Positions 17,742 through 26,975 of a DNA stretch of 64,000 bases are shown one piece after another; the stretch's first letter is position 1; every line of letters starts with the position of its first letter. The position numbers were made by a program, and so were the translations under genes. A model generated the notes under the pieces. The model did not search any database. It was given only the letters and a program-made list of their open reading frames with translations, and was not told the DNA's origin. The stretch covers positions 1 through 64,000 of the forward strand of contig JBHLLG010000013.1 in the NCBI GenBank assembly GCA_048885925.1, in the 5' to 3' direction. The DNA is from Candidatus Hermodarchaeota archaeon. GTDB lineage: Archaea; Asgardarchaeota; Lokiarchaeia; Sigyniarchaeales; SOKP01.

Positions 17742-19421
17742 ATGAAAGCATTAATAACAGCCAGTATTTCAGAGGAAATTTTGAGAGAATTAAATACATT
17801 AATGGAAATAACTTATGAGCCATGGAGAGAAACAGGAATAATATATTTTGATGTACGGGAGCTTGTAGAAAAACTTAAGAATTATGATATTTTTATTACT
17901 GAAGTAGATGATTTAAAGAAAGGAGAACTTTTTGAACAATCTAGTCTTAAACTATTAATCTCATGTCGAGGGGATCCATTCAATGTTAATTTAAAATCTG
18001 CCACTCTGAAGGGTATTCCTGTTCTCAATACTCCACTTAGAAACGTTGATGCTGTAGCAGAATTGACAATAGGCTTAATGTTGATGTTAGCTCGAAAATT
18101 GCATAAAGTGGACAGAATAATCCATTCTAAAGAATTTGAAATTACTGATTTTGAAGATTATGTTGGATATTTAAATCAATTTCAAGGTATTGAACTAAAA
18201 GGAAAAACAATCGGAATAATAGGATTAGGGCAAATTGGAAGAAGAATTTTGAATAAACTTATACCTTTTGAAGTTAAATTTCTTATTTATGATCCTTATA
18301 TTAACACTGAATTTGCAGAAAAGTATGGGAACGTTGTTGATATTGATTACCTTATGAGGAACTCAGATTTTATCACAATCCATGCTGTAGCTACAGATGA
18401 AAATGATAAATTAATCGATAAAGAAAGAATTAATATAATGAAAAAAACCGCCTTTCTAATCAACACCTCTAAAGGAAGTCTTATTGATTATGATGCATTA
18501 AACAATGCTTTACAAGAAAATAAAATTGCAGGAGCAGCGCTTGATGTATTTCCTCTTGAACCTATAGATGAAGATAATGAATTCATCAATTTAGATAACG
18601 CTATAATTACACCTCATATAGGTGGAAATACAGAAGAAATAATCAAAAGACAATCAGAAATATTACTTAAAGACATTAAAAACTGGTTAAACGGAAAAAA
18701 ACCTCAGCATATTATGAATCCAGAAGTGTTTAAAGAAGGAGAAATAAAAAGTCTTTCCGATAATAATATCTTTAATTACAAAAGTGAAATTGTTAATTTA
18801 TGTAAACAATTATTACAAGAAGGGCATGTAATCGGTTCCGCTGGAAATGTTAGTGTAAGATTAAATGATGAAGAAAAAGAATTTTTATTAATAACACCTA
18901 GTAATGTTCCATATAATGAAATGACACCCGAGGATATTCTGATTATTGATATGGATGGAAAAGTAATTGAAGGAAAAAGGAATCCTTCTGTTGAAAAAAA
19001 AATGCATTTAAGAATTTATAAAAATAGAAAAGATGTAAATGCCATTATTCATGCTCATAGTATTTATTCTACTGTACTTAGCACGCTTGATCTAAGTATT
19101 CCCCCCATTTTTGAAGAATTTATCCCATATATCGGTGGCGAAGTATTATGTGCTAAATATGGAGAAGCAGGAACTGGAGAATTAGCTGAGGGGGTTTTAG
19201 ATGCATTAGAAGAAAGAAATGCCGTCTTACTTGCAAACCATGGAAATTTATGTTGTGGAAGTCATTTAGATGGAGCTTATACAGTTTTAAAATATCTTGA
19301 AAGAGGAGCAAAGATATATTACTTATCAAAACTAGTTAAAAATCCTAAACTATTACCTGAGGATACCGTAGACTATGAAAAGGAGATATTTGAAATCTTT
19401 AAAGAATCTAAAAAAATCTAA
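17742..19421 (+). CDS. Fusion of D-2-hydroxyacid dehydrogenase and class II aldolase (FucA/AraD-like)
   Basis: N-part: AVAEL, GIIGLGQIG, DVFPLEP, TPHIGG. C-part: AGNVSVR, ITPS, PSVEKKMH, IIHAHS, LLANHG. Confidence 0.9.
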   Translation: MKALITASISEEILRELNTLMEITYEPWRETGIIYFDVRELVEKLKNYDIFITEVDDLKKGELFEQSSLKLLISCRGDPFNVNLKSATLKGIPVLNTPLRNVDAVAELTIGLMLMLARKLHKVDRIIHSKEFEITDFEDYVGYLNQFQGIELKGKTIGIIGLGQIGRRILNKLIPFEVKFLIYDPYINTEFAEKYGNVVDIDYLMRNSDFITIHAVATDENDKLIDKERINIMKKTAFLINTSKGSLIDYDALNNALQENKIAGAALDVFPLEPIDEDNEFINLDNAIITPHIGGNTEEIIKRQSEILLKDIKNWLNGKKPQHIMNPEVFKEGEIKSLSDNNIFNYKSEIVNLCKQLLQEGHVIGSAGNVSVRLNDEEKEFLLITPSNVPYNEMTPEDILIIDMDGKVIEGKRNPSVEKKMHLRIYKNRKDVNAIIHAHSIYSTVLSTLDLSIPPIFEEFIPYIGGEVLCAKYGEAGTGELAEGVLDALEERNAVLLANHGNLCCGSHLDGAYTVLKYLERGAKIYYLSKLVKNPKLLPEDTVDYEKEIFEIFKESKKI

Positions 19422-19428
19422 AATAATT

Positions 19429-20163
19429 TTAAAAACTTCTTCTACTACTTAGAAATTTCAAAGCAATTTTAGTCGATTCTTCCGCTTGAAATTTTGTTAC
19501 CATACCAATTGTTACAGCTGATATATTATGCTTAGAAATATAAGTAAAGGCTTTTTCAGGATTAATCCTCCCTGCAGCTAAAGTCTTCATAGCAATGAAA
19601 TCGTACATTTTCGTTTTATCTACAATTTCTTCTAGTTTTTTAGCATTTTCCATATATGATCCATGAGCGTTAAATGGAATAAGAAATACTTTAACATTTA
19701 GATTTTTCTCTACAGCATGACTAATAGTTACTATTGGATCATGAGAAGCGATTCCTGGAATTATTCCGTGATTAGAAATTTCATCTAACAGCTCAATTAA
19801 TTTACTATTTCTCTCATCTGAAATCATCCCGTGAACATAAATTAACTTTGCCCCTACTCCTATTAAAGAATCAATTTTTGAATCTATTCCTGGATAAGTT
19901 GAACCTGTAATAACATAATCATTATGAGTTTCTACCATTATCTTAGCAGCATCTAAAACTTTACCAATCGGTATCACTTCAACACCTCGAGCTCCAACTT
20001 GATAACTTGCTTCTAGAATTTCCAACATCGCTTTTGGATGATTTAAAAATTTTTCACACCATTCTAATCCTTTCATCCCAAATTGACCTGCACCAATAAA
20101 AGGAGAAGTACCCGTGCTAACTAGCGGGATCTTTTTCCCTCCAATTTTACGAAAAATTGTTAT
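19429..20163 (-). CDS. Aldo/keto-reductase-like TIM-barrel hypothetical protein; probable ATA/ATT start upstream of ATG 20076
   Basis: IAMKTLAAGRI motif. A 29-codon open extension (ITIFRKIGGKKIPLVSTGTSPFIGAGQFG) follows AGAGGG. Confidence 0.7.
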   Translation of the reverse strand: MTIFRKIGGKKIPLVSTGTSPFIGAGQFGMKGLEWCEKFLNHPKAMLEILEASYQVGARGVEVIPIGKVLDAAKIMVETHNDYVITGSTYPGIDSKIDSLIGVGAKLIYVHGMISDERNSKLIELLDEISNHGIIPGIASHDPIVTISHAVEKNLNVKVFLIPFNAHGSYMENAKKLEEIVDKTKMYDFIAMKTLAAGRINPEKAFTYISKHNISAVTIGMVTKFQAEESTKIALKFLSSRRSF

Positions 20164-20333
20164 TCCCTCTTAAAAAGTTTATAAAATAAATTTGAACTAG
20201 AATTGTTATTAATTATTGCAACTACTATCAATGAAATTAATATTCAAAGATCATATTAACTCAAAAAGATTATTATCCATAAAATGCTATAGAAATTCAA
20301 GTTTGCCTTCATATTATAGAAGATGAGATTACA

Positions 20334-22412
20334 ATGCCTCAAATTAATGGCGTTATATGCAATGCCTTAATATTTTACGATAACAACTTTCAAATCATTG
20401 AAAATTTAAATGCTTTTTTAATGCGTCATATCCTTACAAATGAAGCAAATTCTCTTCTTCTTTTTGGTCGTAAAGGTGATGATAATCTATTTTCTACTAT
20501 AGAAAAAATGAAACTTATCGACCTTGCATTAGAAAGTACAGAGCATAAAATACCTCTACTTATAGGGATCTATGGAAATCATATCGATGAAATTATAGAT
20601 CAAATTGATTATTTAGGAAAAAAATTTAATGATCTTAACTATTTAATCTCCCCACCTATTACAGAAAAGAAGTCAATTGATGCATTAGAATCTTATTTTG
20701 AAAATATTCTGGGGTCAGTTAATCCTAATAATTATATTTATTTACTTAATAATCCTCTTGAGTTTTCGAGAAATGAGATAGACCCTAATTTGCTTAATAG
20801 TTTGATAAAATTTACTAATTTGAAAGGAATTGATGACTCTTTTTATAATATTAAAAATTGTAAAGCATATATCCAACTTTTAAATGAAAACTTTTCTGTT
20901 TTATGCGGAATGGAAGAAAATGCTCAAAATTTTTTTCAACTTATTCCATTAACTCAGAGAAAATATAGTGGAATTGTCTCTAATATTAGTAATTTAGTTA
21001 ACATGTGCTCAAAATTGTATAATTATGCTGTAGAAGATAATATTTTAGAACTTCTTCAATTACAGGATCAAATTAATGATACAAGAATTAAAATTTATAA
21101 TTTTAAAGATAAAGAAAGCAAAGAGACTCTTGGTTTGAAATATGCTTTTTTATATTTATATAGAGAATTACTATCAAAAACTAACAATAATATAACTTAT
21201 ATTACCAAAGAATTATATAATCAAATTGAATCAATAATTAAGGAGAGAATAGAGGCTACAGTTAATTATTTACTCAATCATAAACAAATTTATCAATTAT
21301 ATTACCTAGGAAAAAAAGAAATTTACCAATTTAGCGAAATCATAAAAACTTTCTCACAAATTGATGAATTAGTAAGTCAAGGTAAAGTAAAGAAAATAAA
21401 AGGGCCTTATATTGTTGATAGTAATACAATCTATAGAGTACGATTTGAAAATAGTCAAATTGTTTTTAGATTCCAGGCAGAAAAACCTCTCCAGATTGAT
21501 AATCTAATTAAAGAAAAAGTATTATATCCATTTCTAGATAAAAGTTTGGTTCCTAATGATCTTAATTTAGGGCAAAAAGTAAAGGAGATCATTTCAAAAA
21601 AAAAGGGAAACTATATCTTCAATAAAGAGAAACCTCCAGTAATTCCAGTCTGTAACATAATCTATTATGATGAGACTAGGGAATTAGTTCCTTCAATTTT
21701 TTCAGCACAGGAATATATCAGAGGCAAACCTTTATTTCAAGTTATAAATCAATATATTACTGAAGGGAAAAATTTACAAACTAAAAAATTTGAGAACTTA
21801 TTTAGTGATTTAGGTAATTATTTGGGAAGTCTCCATGAAATCCAATTTGATTCTTTTTTCCCACATATTAATGATATTGGAAACAATAAAAACATCCCCT
21901 ATTCAGAATACTTTGAATCTAACTTAGAAAATCATTTACAAGTAGCAAAGAAAAATAATCTTGGTTTAGATAAAGAAATCAGGGATTTTTATAAAAATAA
22001 TAAAGCCTTAATAGATGATGTAACTGAATATGTTCTTTTACATAATAATTTTCAAAGTCAGAACATTATTGTTAAAGAAGATTTGGGTGTAATTAATATT
22101 AATGGCATTGTTGATTTTGATAAATGGTGTATAGGCAGTAGAGCACAGGATTTTATCAAAATTGATTACTTGATTTTAAAACCACTAAATATTCCTTTAT
22201 TTTATACAACTTTTTATGATGCTTATTCAAAATACCATAAAATAAATAAAGATTTTAAGAAAAGAATAGAATTGCATAAATTATTATGGCTGGTAAATGA
22301 ATATAATTATGAATCAGAATTAGTTAAAACTTCTGTTCAAAAAGATTCTATTAGTATAGCTTCAATGTCATTAGAAAATTATAAATTGGAAATAGAATCA
22401 ATAATTCAATAG
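20334..22412 (+). CDS. Fusion of DHDPS/NAL-family TIM barrel and APH/choline-kinase-like domain (catalytic residues substituted)
   Basis: N-terminal DapA-like pattern (IPLLIG, LISPP, YLLNNP, LKGIDDS); C-terminal QEYIRG, LGSLHEI, LLHNNFQSQNII, IVDFD. Confidence 0.8.
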   Translation: MPQINGVICNALIFYDNNFQIIENLNAFLMRHILTNEANSLLLFGRKGDDNLFSTIEKMKLIDLALESTEHKIPLLIGIYGNHIDEIIDQIDYLGKKFNDLNYLISPPITEKKSIDALESYFENILGSVNPNNYIYLLNNPLEFSRNEIDPNLLNSLIKFTNLKGIDDSFYNIKNCKAYIQLLNENFSVLCGMEENAQNFFQLIPLTQRKYSGIVSNISNLVNMCSKLYNYAVEDNILELLQLQDQINDTRIKIYNFKDKESKETLGLKYAFLYLYRELLSKTNNNITYITKELYNQIESIIKERIEATVNYLLNHKQIYQLYYLGKKEIYQFSEIIKTFSQIDELVSQGKVKKIKGPYIVDSNTIYRVRFENSQIVFRFQAEKPLQIDNLIKEKVLYPFLDKSLVPNDLNLGQKVKEIISKKKGNYIFNKEKPPVIPVCNIIYYDETRELVPSIFSAQEYIRGKPLFQVINQYITEGKNLQTKKFENLFSDLGNYLGSLHEIQFDSFFPHINDIGNNKNIPYSEYFESNLENHLQVAKKNNLGLDKEIRDFYKNNKALIDDVTEYVLLHNNFQSQNIIVKEDLGVININGIVDFDKWCIGSRAQDFIKIDYLILKPLNIPLFYTTFYDAYSKYHKINKDFKKRIELHKLLWLVNEYNYESELVKTSVQKDSISIASMSLENYKLEIESIIQ

Positions 22413-22555
22413 ATAACTCACTTAAAAATCAATATATATCTTAAAATTCAATAGAAAAAAATATAAAGTTTTCTTGAATTTTTCATTAATTAACTAGAAA
22501 TAATTATATTTAGAAACCTATAATTATTTTTTATAAAAAAATAAAGATTTTAAAG

Positions 22556-23491
22556 TTGCGATTTAATAAAGAATTAAAAATTGGCATTAAATTAGTCCAA
22601 AAAGCTATACAAATTACGGAATGGTTTAGAAAAAAAGGTTTTAAATCTTTTTTGAAGAGTGACCAATCCCCTGTTACATTAGCTGATTTTGCTTCTCAAA
22701 ATTATTTAATTTCTATGTTGAAGGATTACTTTCCAGATGATGAAATAATAGCAGAAGAGGAGAGTGTTGATTTAATTGATGAGCAAGCAGAAAATTTGAT
22801 AAATGAATGTTTCAGTGACTTAAATTTAATTGATTTAGATAATATAAAAGAAAATATAGGTTTTCGAGGTCTTTCTTCTGAACGCCAATGGACAATAGAT
22901 CCTATTGATGGAACAATTGGATTTCAAGAAGGATTACCCTATGCAGTAGGAGTTGGGCTTATGATAAATCATATTCCTAAAGTTTGTGCTATTGGAGTTC
23001 CAAATTATAATAATTTTCCATTTGCAATTTTTTGTGCTGAAGAGAATCAAGGAGCTCATGTTTTATATAATAACAGCGATTTTATTCAAATAAGAGTCAG
23101 TCAAGAAGCTAATATAGAAAATATAAGACTATGTCATTCCTTACATTATGATAAACCTTGGGTTAAACATTTTGCTACACGTGTTGGGATAAAAAACTTA
23201 ATACAGCTTGATAGCATGAAAAAATTTTGTATGATTGCTGATGGAAGTGCAGATCTTTATCTAAAACCTCTCAAAGTTGATCAATCATTCTCATGGGATT
23301 TTTTACCTGGAGATTTAATTGTTAAAGAAAGCGGGGGTAAGGTGACAGATTTAAATGGAGAAAAGTTAAAATTTAACAATAAAAAATGTATTTGGACGGC
23401 TCCAGGGATCATAGCTTCCAATGGAATTGTCCATAATAAAATAACAGACCTTCTTAAAAGTCAAAATCTTGATTTTTTTAATCAAAAATAA
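22556..23491 (+). CDS. 3'(2'),5'-bisphosphate nucleotidase / inositol monophosphatase family (HAL2/SAL1-like)
   Basis: KSDQSPVTLADFASQ, AEEE, WTIDPIDGT, SWD..PG.LIVKESGGKVTD. Confidence 0.9.
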   Translation: MRFNKELKIGIKLVQKAIQITEWFRKKGFKSFLKSDQSPVTLADFASQNYLISMLKDYFPDDEIIAEEESVDLIDEQAENLINECFSDLNLIDLDNIKENIGFRGLSSERQWTIDPIDGTIGFQEGLPYAVGVGLMINHIPKVCAIGVPNYNNFPFAIFCAEENQGAHVLYNNSDFIQIRVSQEANIENIRLCHSLHYDKPWVKHFATRVGIKNLIQLDSMKKFCMIADGSADLYLKPLKVDQSFSWDFLPGDLIVKESGGKVTDLNGEKLKFNNKKCIWTAPGIIASNGIVHNKITDLLKSQNLDFFNQK

Positions 23492-23496
23492 ATAAT

Positions 23497-24585
23497 TTAA
23501 ATATAAGCATAATTCAAGAGATTTGTTTGTCTAACTTTTTGATTCTTTTCAAAATTGGATAATTTAATACCGACAAGCCTTACTTTTTTTTTATTATTGG
23601 AAAACTCGTTAAATAAATCTAAAACTATTTTCATTACCATCTTTGCATTTTTAATATGATAGGCAAGGGTTTTTGATCGAGTAAAAGTTTGATACCCTTC
23701 AAATCTAATCTTAATAGTTATAGTTTTATAAGAAATGTGGTTTTTAAATACTGATTTATGTATTTTCTTATTAATTTCTTCAAATTTTGTGAGAATCTCA
23801 TTAAAATCATCAGTATCAGAATAAAAGGTTCTCTCTGCGCTTATAGATTTCCTCTCTTCATGAAATTCTTTTACTTTGCGATTATCTAATCCATTTACAA
23901 TTTTCCATATCCATTTTCCATGTTTTCCAAATAGCTCAATCATGTTAGATAATGATGTATTAAGGATATCTCCAATCTTTTTTATCCCTTTTTTATAGTA
24001 ATATATTTTTGATTTTTTTCCAATACCAGGTATACGAGTAATATCCATATCTCTCAGAAAACTACTAATATTTTCCGGTTTTACTATCGTAATACCGTTT
24101 GGTTTATTTTCATCAGAAGCAATTTTAGCCAAAGATTTAGTTTGGGCAATACCTATTGAAATAGTCACACCTACCTTTTCTAAAATTTCATTTTGAATTT
24201 CTACTGCAATCTTTTTTGCTTGGTCATAATCATTTGCAATCTTCGTTAAATCTAAATATGCTTCGTCCATGCCTACTATCTGGAATTCATCACTATAAGT
24301 CTTTAGAACATCCATCACATTTTTAGATACTTTTATATATTTTTTAGCATCTGGTTTTAAATAAATTCCATGAGGACATCTTTTATAAGCTTGAGAGATA
24401 GGCATTGCTGAATGTAAACCATATTTCCTAGCTTCATAATTACATGTTGAGACTACGCCCCTCCCTTTTCCTTCTTTTGGATCTGCCCCTATAATTACAG
24501 GCTTTTCTTTATATTGTGGATTATCTCTCATTTCTACTGCAGCAAAAAAGCAATCAAGATCACAATGAAAGATAAGTCGATTCAT
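23497..24585 (-). CDS. dinB: DNA polymerase IV (Y-family, DinB/Dbh)
   Basis: HCDLDCFFAAVE, STCNYEARKYG, MDEAYLD, AKIASDENKP, C-terminal PIP-like QTNLLNY. Confidence 0.96.
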   Translation of the reverse strand: MNRLIFHCDLDCFFAAVEMRDNPQYKEKPVIIGADPKEGKGRGVVSTCNYEARKYGLHSAMPISQAYKRCPHGIYLKPDAKKYIKVSKNVMDVLKTYSDEFQIVGMDEAYLDLTKIANDYDQAKKIAVEIQNEILEKVGVTISIGIAQTKSLAKIASDENKPNGITIVKPENISSFLRDMDITRIPGIGKKSKIYYYKKGIKKIGDILNTSLSNMIELFGKHGKWIWKIVNGLDNRKVKEFHEERKSISAERTFYSDTDDFNEILTKFEEINKKIHKSVFKNHISYKTITIKIRFEGYQTFTRSKTLAYHIKNAKMVMKIVLDLFNEFSNNKKKVRLVGIKLSNFEKNQKVRQTNLLNYAYI

Positions 24586-24768
24586 TATTTATCAAAGGAA
24601 AGAGAATAGATTCAAATTTTTATTGACAAATTTAATATTATTAAGTACACATTTAAAAAAAAAGACCAACCTGAATTATTGTAAATAAAAAATATATTAT
24701 AAGTATTCAGAAGTGAAGAACAATAATTTTCAAAATATATTTTTAATTGAATTTTAATTATACTATAT

Positions 24769-25449
24769 ATGGCTATAAATAAAGAAGATCAACTTCGGAC
24801 GGAAGTTGTTAAAGGAGCAAAAAGTATTTTTGCAAAAGGATTAGTAGAAGCAGGAGAAGGTAATGTAAGTGTAAGAAATGGTAAGAAAGAAGAATTATTT
24901 ATTACACCTTCATTTAATCAGTATGAGACTCTTAAAAAAGGCGAAATTGTACATTTAGATTTCAATGGAAATCCTTTAAGCTCAAGAAAATTACCTTCAA
25001 CAGAAGCAAAAATGCATATAGCAATCTATAAATCAAGACCAAAGGTTCAATCAGTAATCCATACTCATTCCCCTTTTGCAACAACGCTTTCAATTGTGAG
25101 AAAAAACATTCCGATTATTATGGAGGAGATGTACATTTTTTTAGGTGGTTCTATTGATGTCTCTGAATTTGGAGAAGCCCACACAGGAGAGATAGGCGAT
25201 GTTGCTCTTAAAGCCTTAGGAATCAAAAATGCTGCCCTCTTAGCAAATCATGGAGTCATTGTTTGTGGAAAAACTTTAGACCATGCAGTCAAATTTGCTG
25301 AATTAGTTGAAAAACTTGCCAAGATGTATTGGGGAGCCTTACAATTAGGAGATCCAATAATAATTTCTAATGAACATCTTGAAAGATTTAAAAAACTCTT
25401 TGAAAGTCTTTTTGCGAGCTATCCACGAAGTAAGCAGAAAAAATTGTAA
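24769..25449 (+). CDS. Class II aldolase/adducin family protein (L-fuculose-phosphate aldolase-like)
   Basis: EGNVSVR, ITPS, PSTEAKMH, IHTHS, LLANHG. Confidence 0.92.
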   Translation: MAINKEDQLRTEVVKGAKSIFAKGLVEAGEGNVSVRNGKKEELFITPSFNQYETLKKGEIVHLDFNGNPLSSRKLPSTEAKMHIAIYKSRPKVQSVIHTHSPFATTLSIVRKNIPIIMEEMYIFLGGSIDVSEFGEAHTGEIGDVALKALGIKNAALLANHGVIVCGKTLDHAVKFAELVEKLAKMYWGALQLGDPIIISNEHLERFKKLFESLFASYPRSKQKKL

Positions 25450-25467
25450 ATAAAAAATTAATATAGG

Positions 25468-26307
25468 GTGAAATTTATGCAATTAGGTATTAGTACTTTA
25501 GGACACCTTGTTGAAATTGGTCTTAAAAATAATTTTAAAAACCTAATAGATTTACAGCTTAAATCTTTTAAAGAATGTCTTAATTTTGCCGAGGAAAATG
25601 GAATAAATATAGTAGAATTAGTAATTGAACCTCCAGAATTGTTTAAAAATGAATATCAACAGAGATTCATTGAATTAGTAGATTCTTATTCTTTAAATTA
25701 TCAAGTTCATGCCCCTTTTATTGATATAAATTTATGCTCTCATAATAACCGTATTAGTGAGGCTTCAATAAAATCATGTATAGATACAATAATACTCTGT
25801 CATAAAATTGGTGCTAACATACTAACAATCCATCCCGGTTTAGCCAATTTTATGTTAGAATCAATTAGAGCATTTAATAAAGAACAACTTAAACGAGCTA
25901 TTTATAAATTGTTAGATTTTACAAAAAAGCAGAATCTAATTATTTGTTTAGAAAATATGCCTCAACAAGCCAAAATAATGACAGATAATAAAAATATTGA
26001 GGAAGTATTAGGTTTTATTAATCATAAGGATCTTTTTCTTACTTATGATACAAGTCATTTCTATATGTGTGAGGGAAATGTAGAACAATTATGGTCAAAA
26101 TTTCATAGTATTATAAAAAATGTTCATATTGTTGATAATTTAAGTAAAGAATCAGATACACACCCCTCTTTAGGTAGTGGAAAGATTGATTTTAAAAAAA
26201 TTTTTCATATTATTAATAAATTCAATTACAAAGGACCATTAATTATTGAATTATCTTCTGTGAAATCATTAAATCAATCTTTAACCTATATAACGAAATT
26301 TATATAA
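25468..26307 (+). CDS. Sugar-phosphate isomerase/epimerase (xylose-isomerase-like TIM barrel)
   Basis: VHAPF.DINL, TIHPG, LENMP, YDTSH, HIVDN, DTH..LGSG.IDF, IIE. Confidence 0.88.
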   Translation: MKFMQLGISTLGHLVEIGLKNNFKNLIDLQLKSFKECLNFAEENGINIVELVIEPPELFKNEYQQRFIELVDSYSLNYQVHAPFIDINLCSHNNRISEASIKSCIDTIILCHKIGANILTIHPGLANFMLESIRAFNKEQLKRAIYKLLDFTKKQNLIICLENMPQQAKIMTDNKNIEEVLGFINHKDLFLTYDTSHFYMCEGNVEQLWSKFHSIIKNVHIVDNLSKESDTHPSLGSGKIDFKKIFHIINKFNYKGPLIIELSSVKSLNQSLTYITKFI

Positions 26308-26558
26308 CAGAAAAAAAAAGTAGATGGATTTAAAGTCATACTTATGATGTTAGAATTAATCATAAATTCTATTTAGACTAATATGGATAATTAAACAATT
26401 TAAATATAATATACAATTAAAAAGATTGTTAAAATAAATAAATAGTTCTTCTATATCTTAGGTTTTATAAAAAAACTGAAAAAAGATTTTATTAACAAAT
26501 TAATTTTAATAACTAATTATAAAATATTTTTAATTAATATTAGAAATCTTCTAACAAA

Positions 26559-26567
26559 AAGGAGGAG
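26559..26567 (+). promoter_or_regulatory. Shine-Dalgarno sequence AAGGAGGAG for the NikR-like gene
   Basis: Purine-rich SD-like motif ending 8 nt before ATT 26576, in an otherwise very AT-rich spacer. Confidence 0.7.
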
Positions 26568-26575
26568 AAAGTTAA

Positions 26576-26968
26576 ATTCCGATTATCTCATTACAAATTA
26601 ATGATGATTTATTAGAGCGGTTTGAAAAAGTTAGAAATCTTAGTGGATTTAATTCGAAAAGTGAAGCTTTAAGGGACTCTATTGTAAGTTTTATAGAGAA
26701 TTATGAAAAATTTGAAAACCTACAAGGATATAAAATAATGAGTATTAATTTGGTTTATCCTTTTAAAGAAATAATTATTGACCAAATAACAGAAGTATAT
26801 TCTCGATATCACCAAATTATCAAAACAGTAACTGACTGGCGAATTGCAGAAAAAAAAATTGAATTGCTTCTTTTAGTAGGTGAATTTGGACCTATCAAGG
26901 ATCTTTATAAAGAATTAACCAAAATAAAAGATGTTATTTGTTCAATTCGTGAAATTGTTATAGATTAA
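26576..26968 (+). CDS. NikR-fold transcriptional regulator (RHH plus ACT), ATT start
   Basis: The frame extends 54 codons upstream of ATG 26738 as (I)PIISLQINDDLLERFEKVRNLSGFNSKSEALRDSI, a ribbon-helix-helix. It is preceded by an in-frame TAA and by AAGGAGG. Confidence 0.8.
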   Translation: MPIISLQINDDLLERFEKVRNLSGFNSKSEALRDSIVSFIENYEKFENLQGYKIMSINLVYPFKEIIIDQITEVYSRYHQIIKTVTDWRIAEKKIELLLLVGEFGPIKDLYKELTKIKDVICSIREIVID

Positions 26969-26975
26969 ATTTTAA

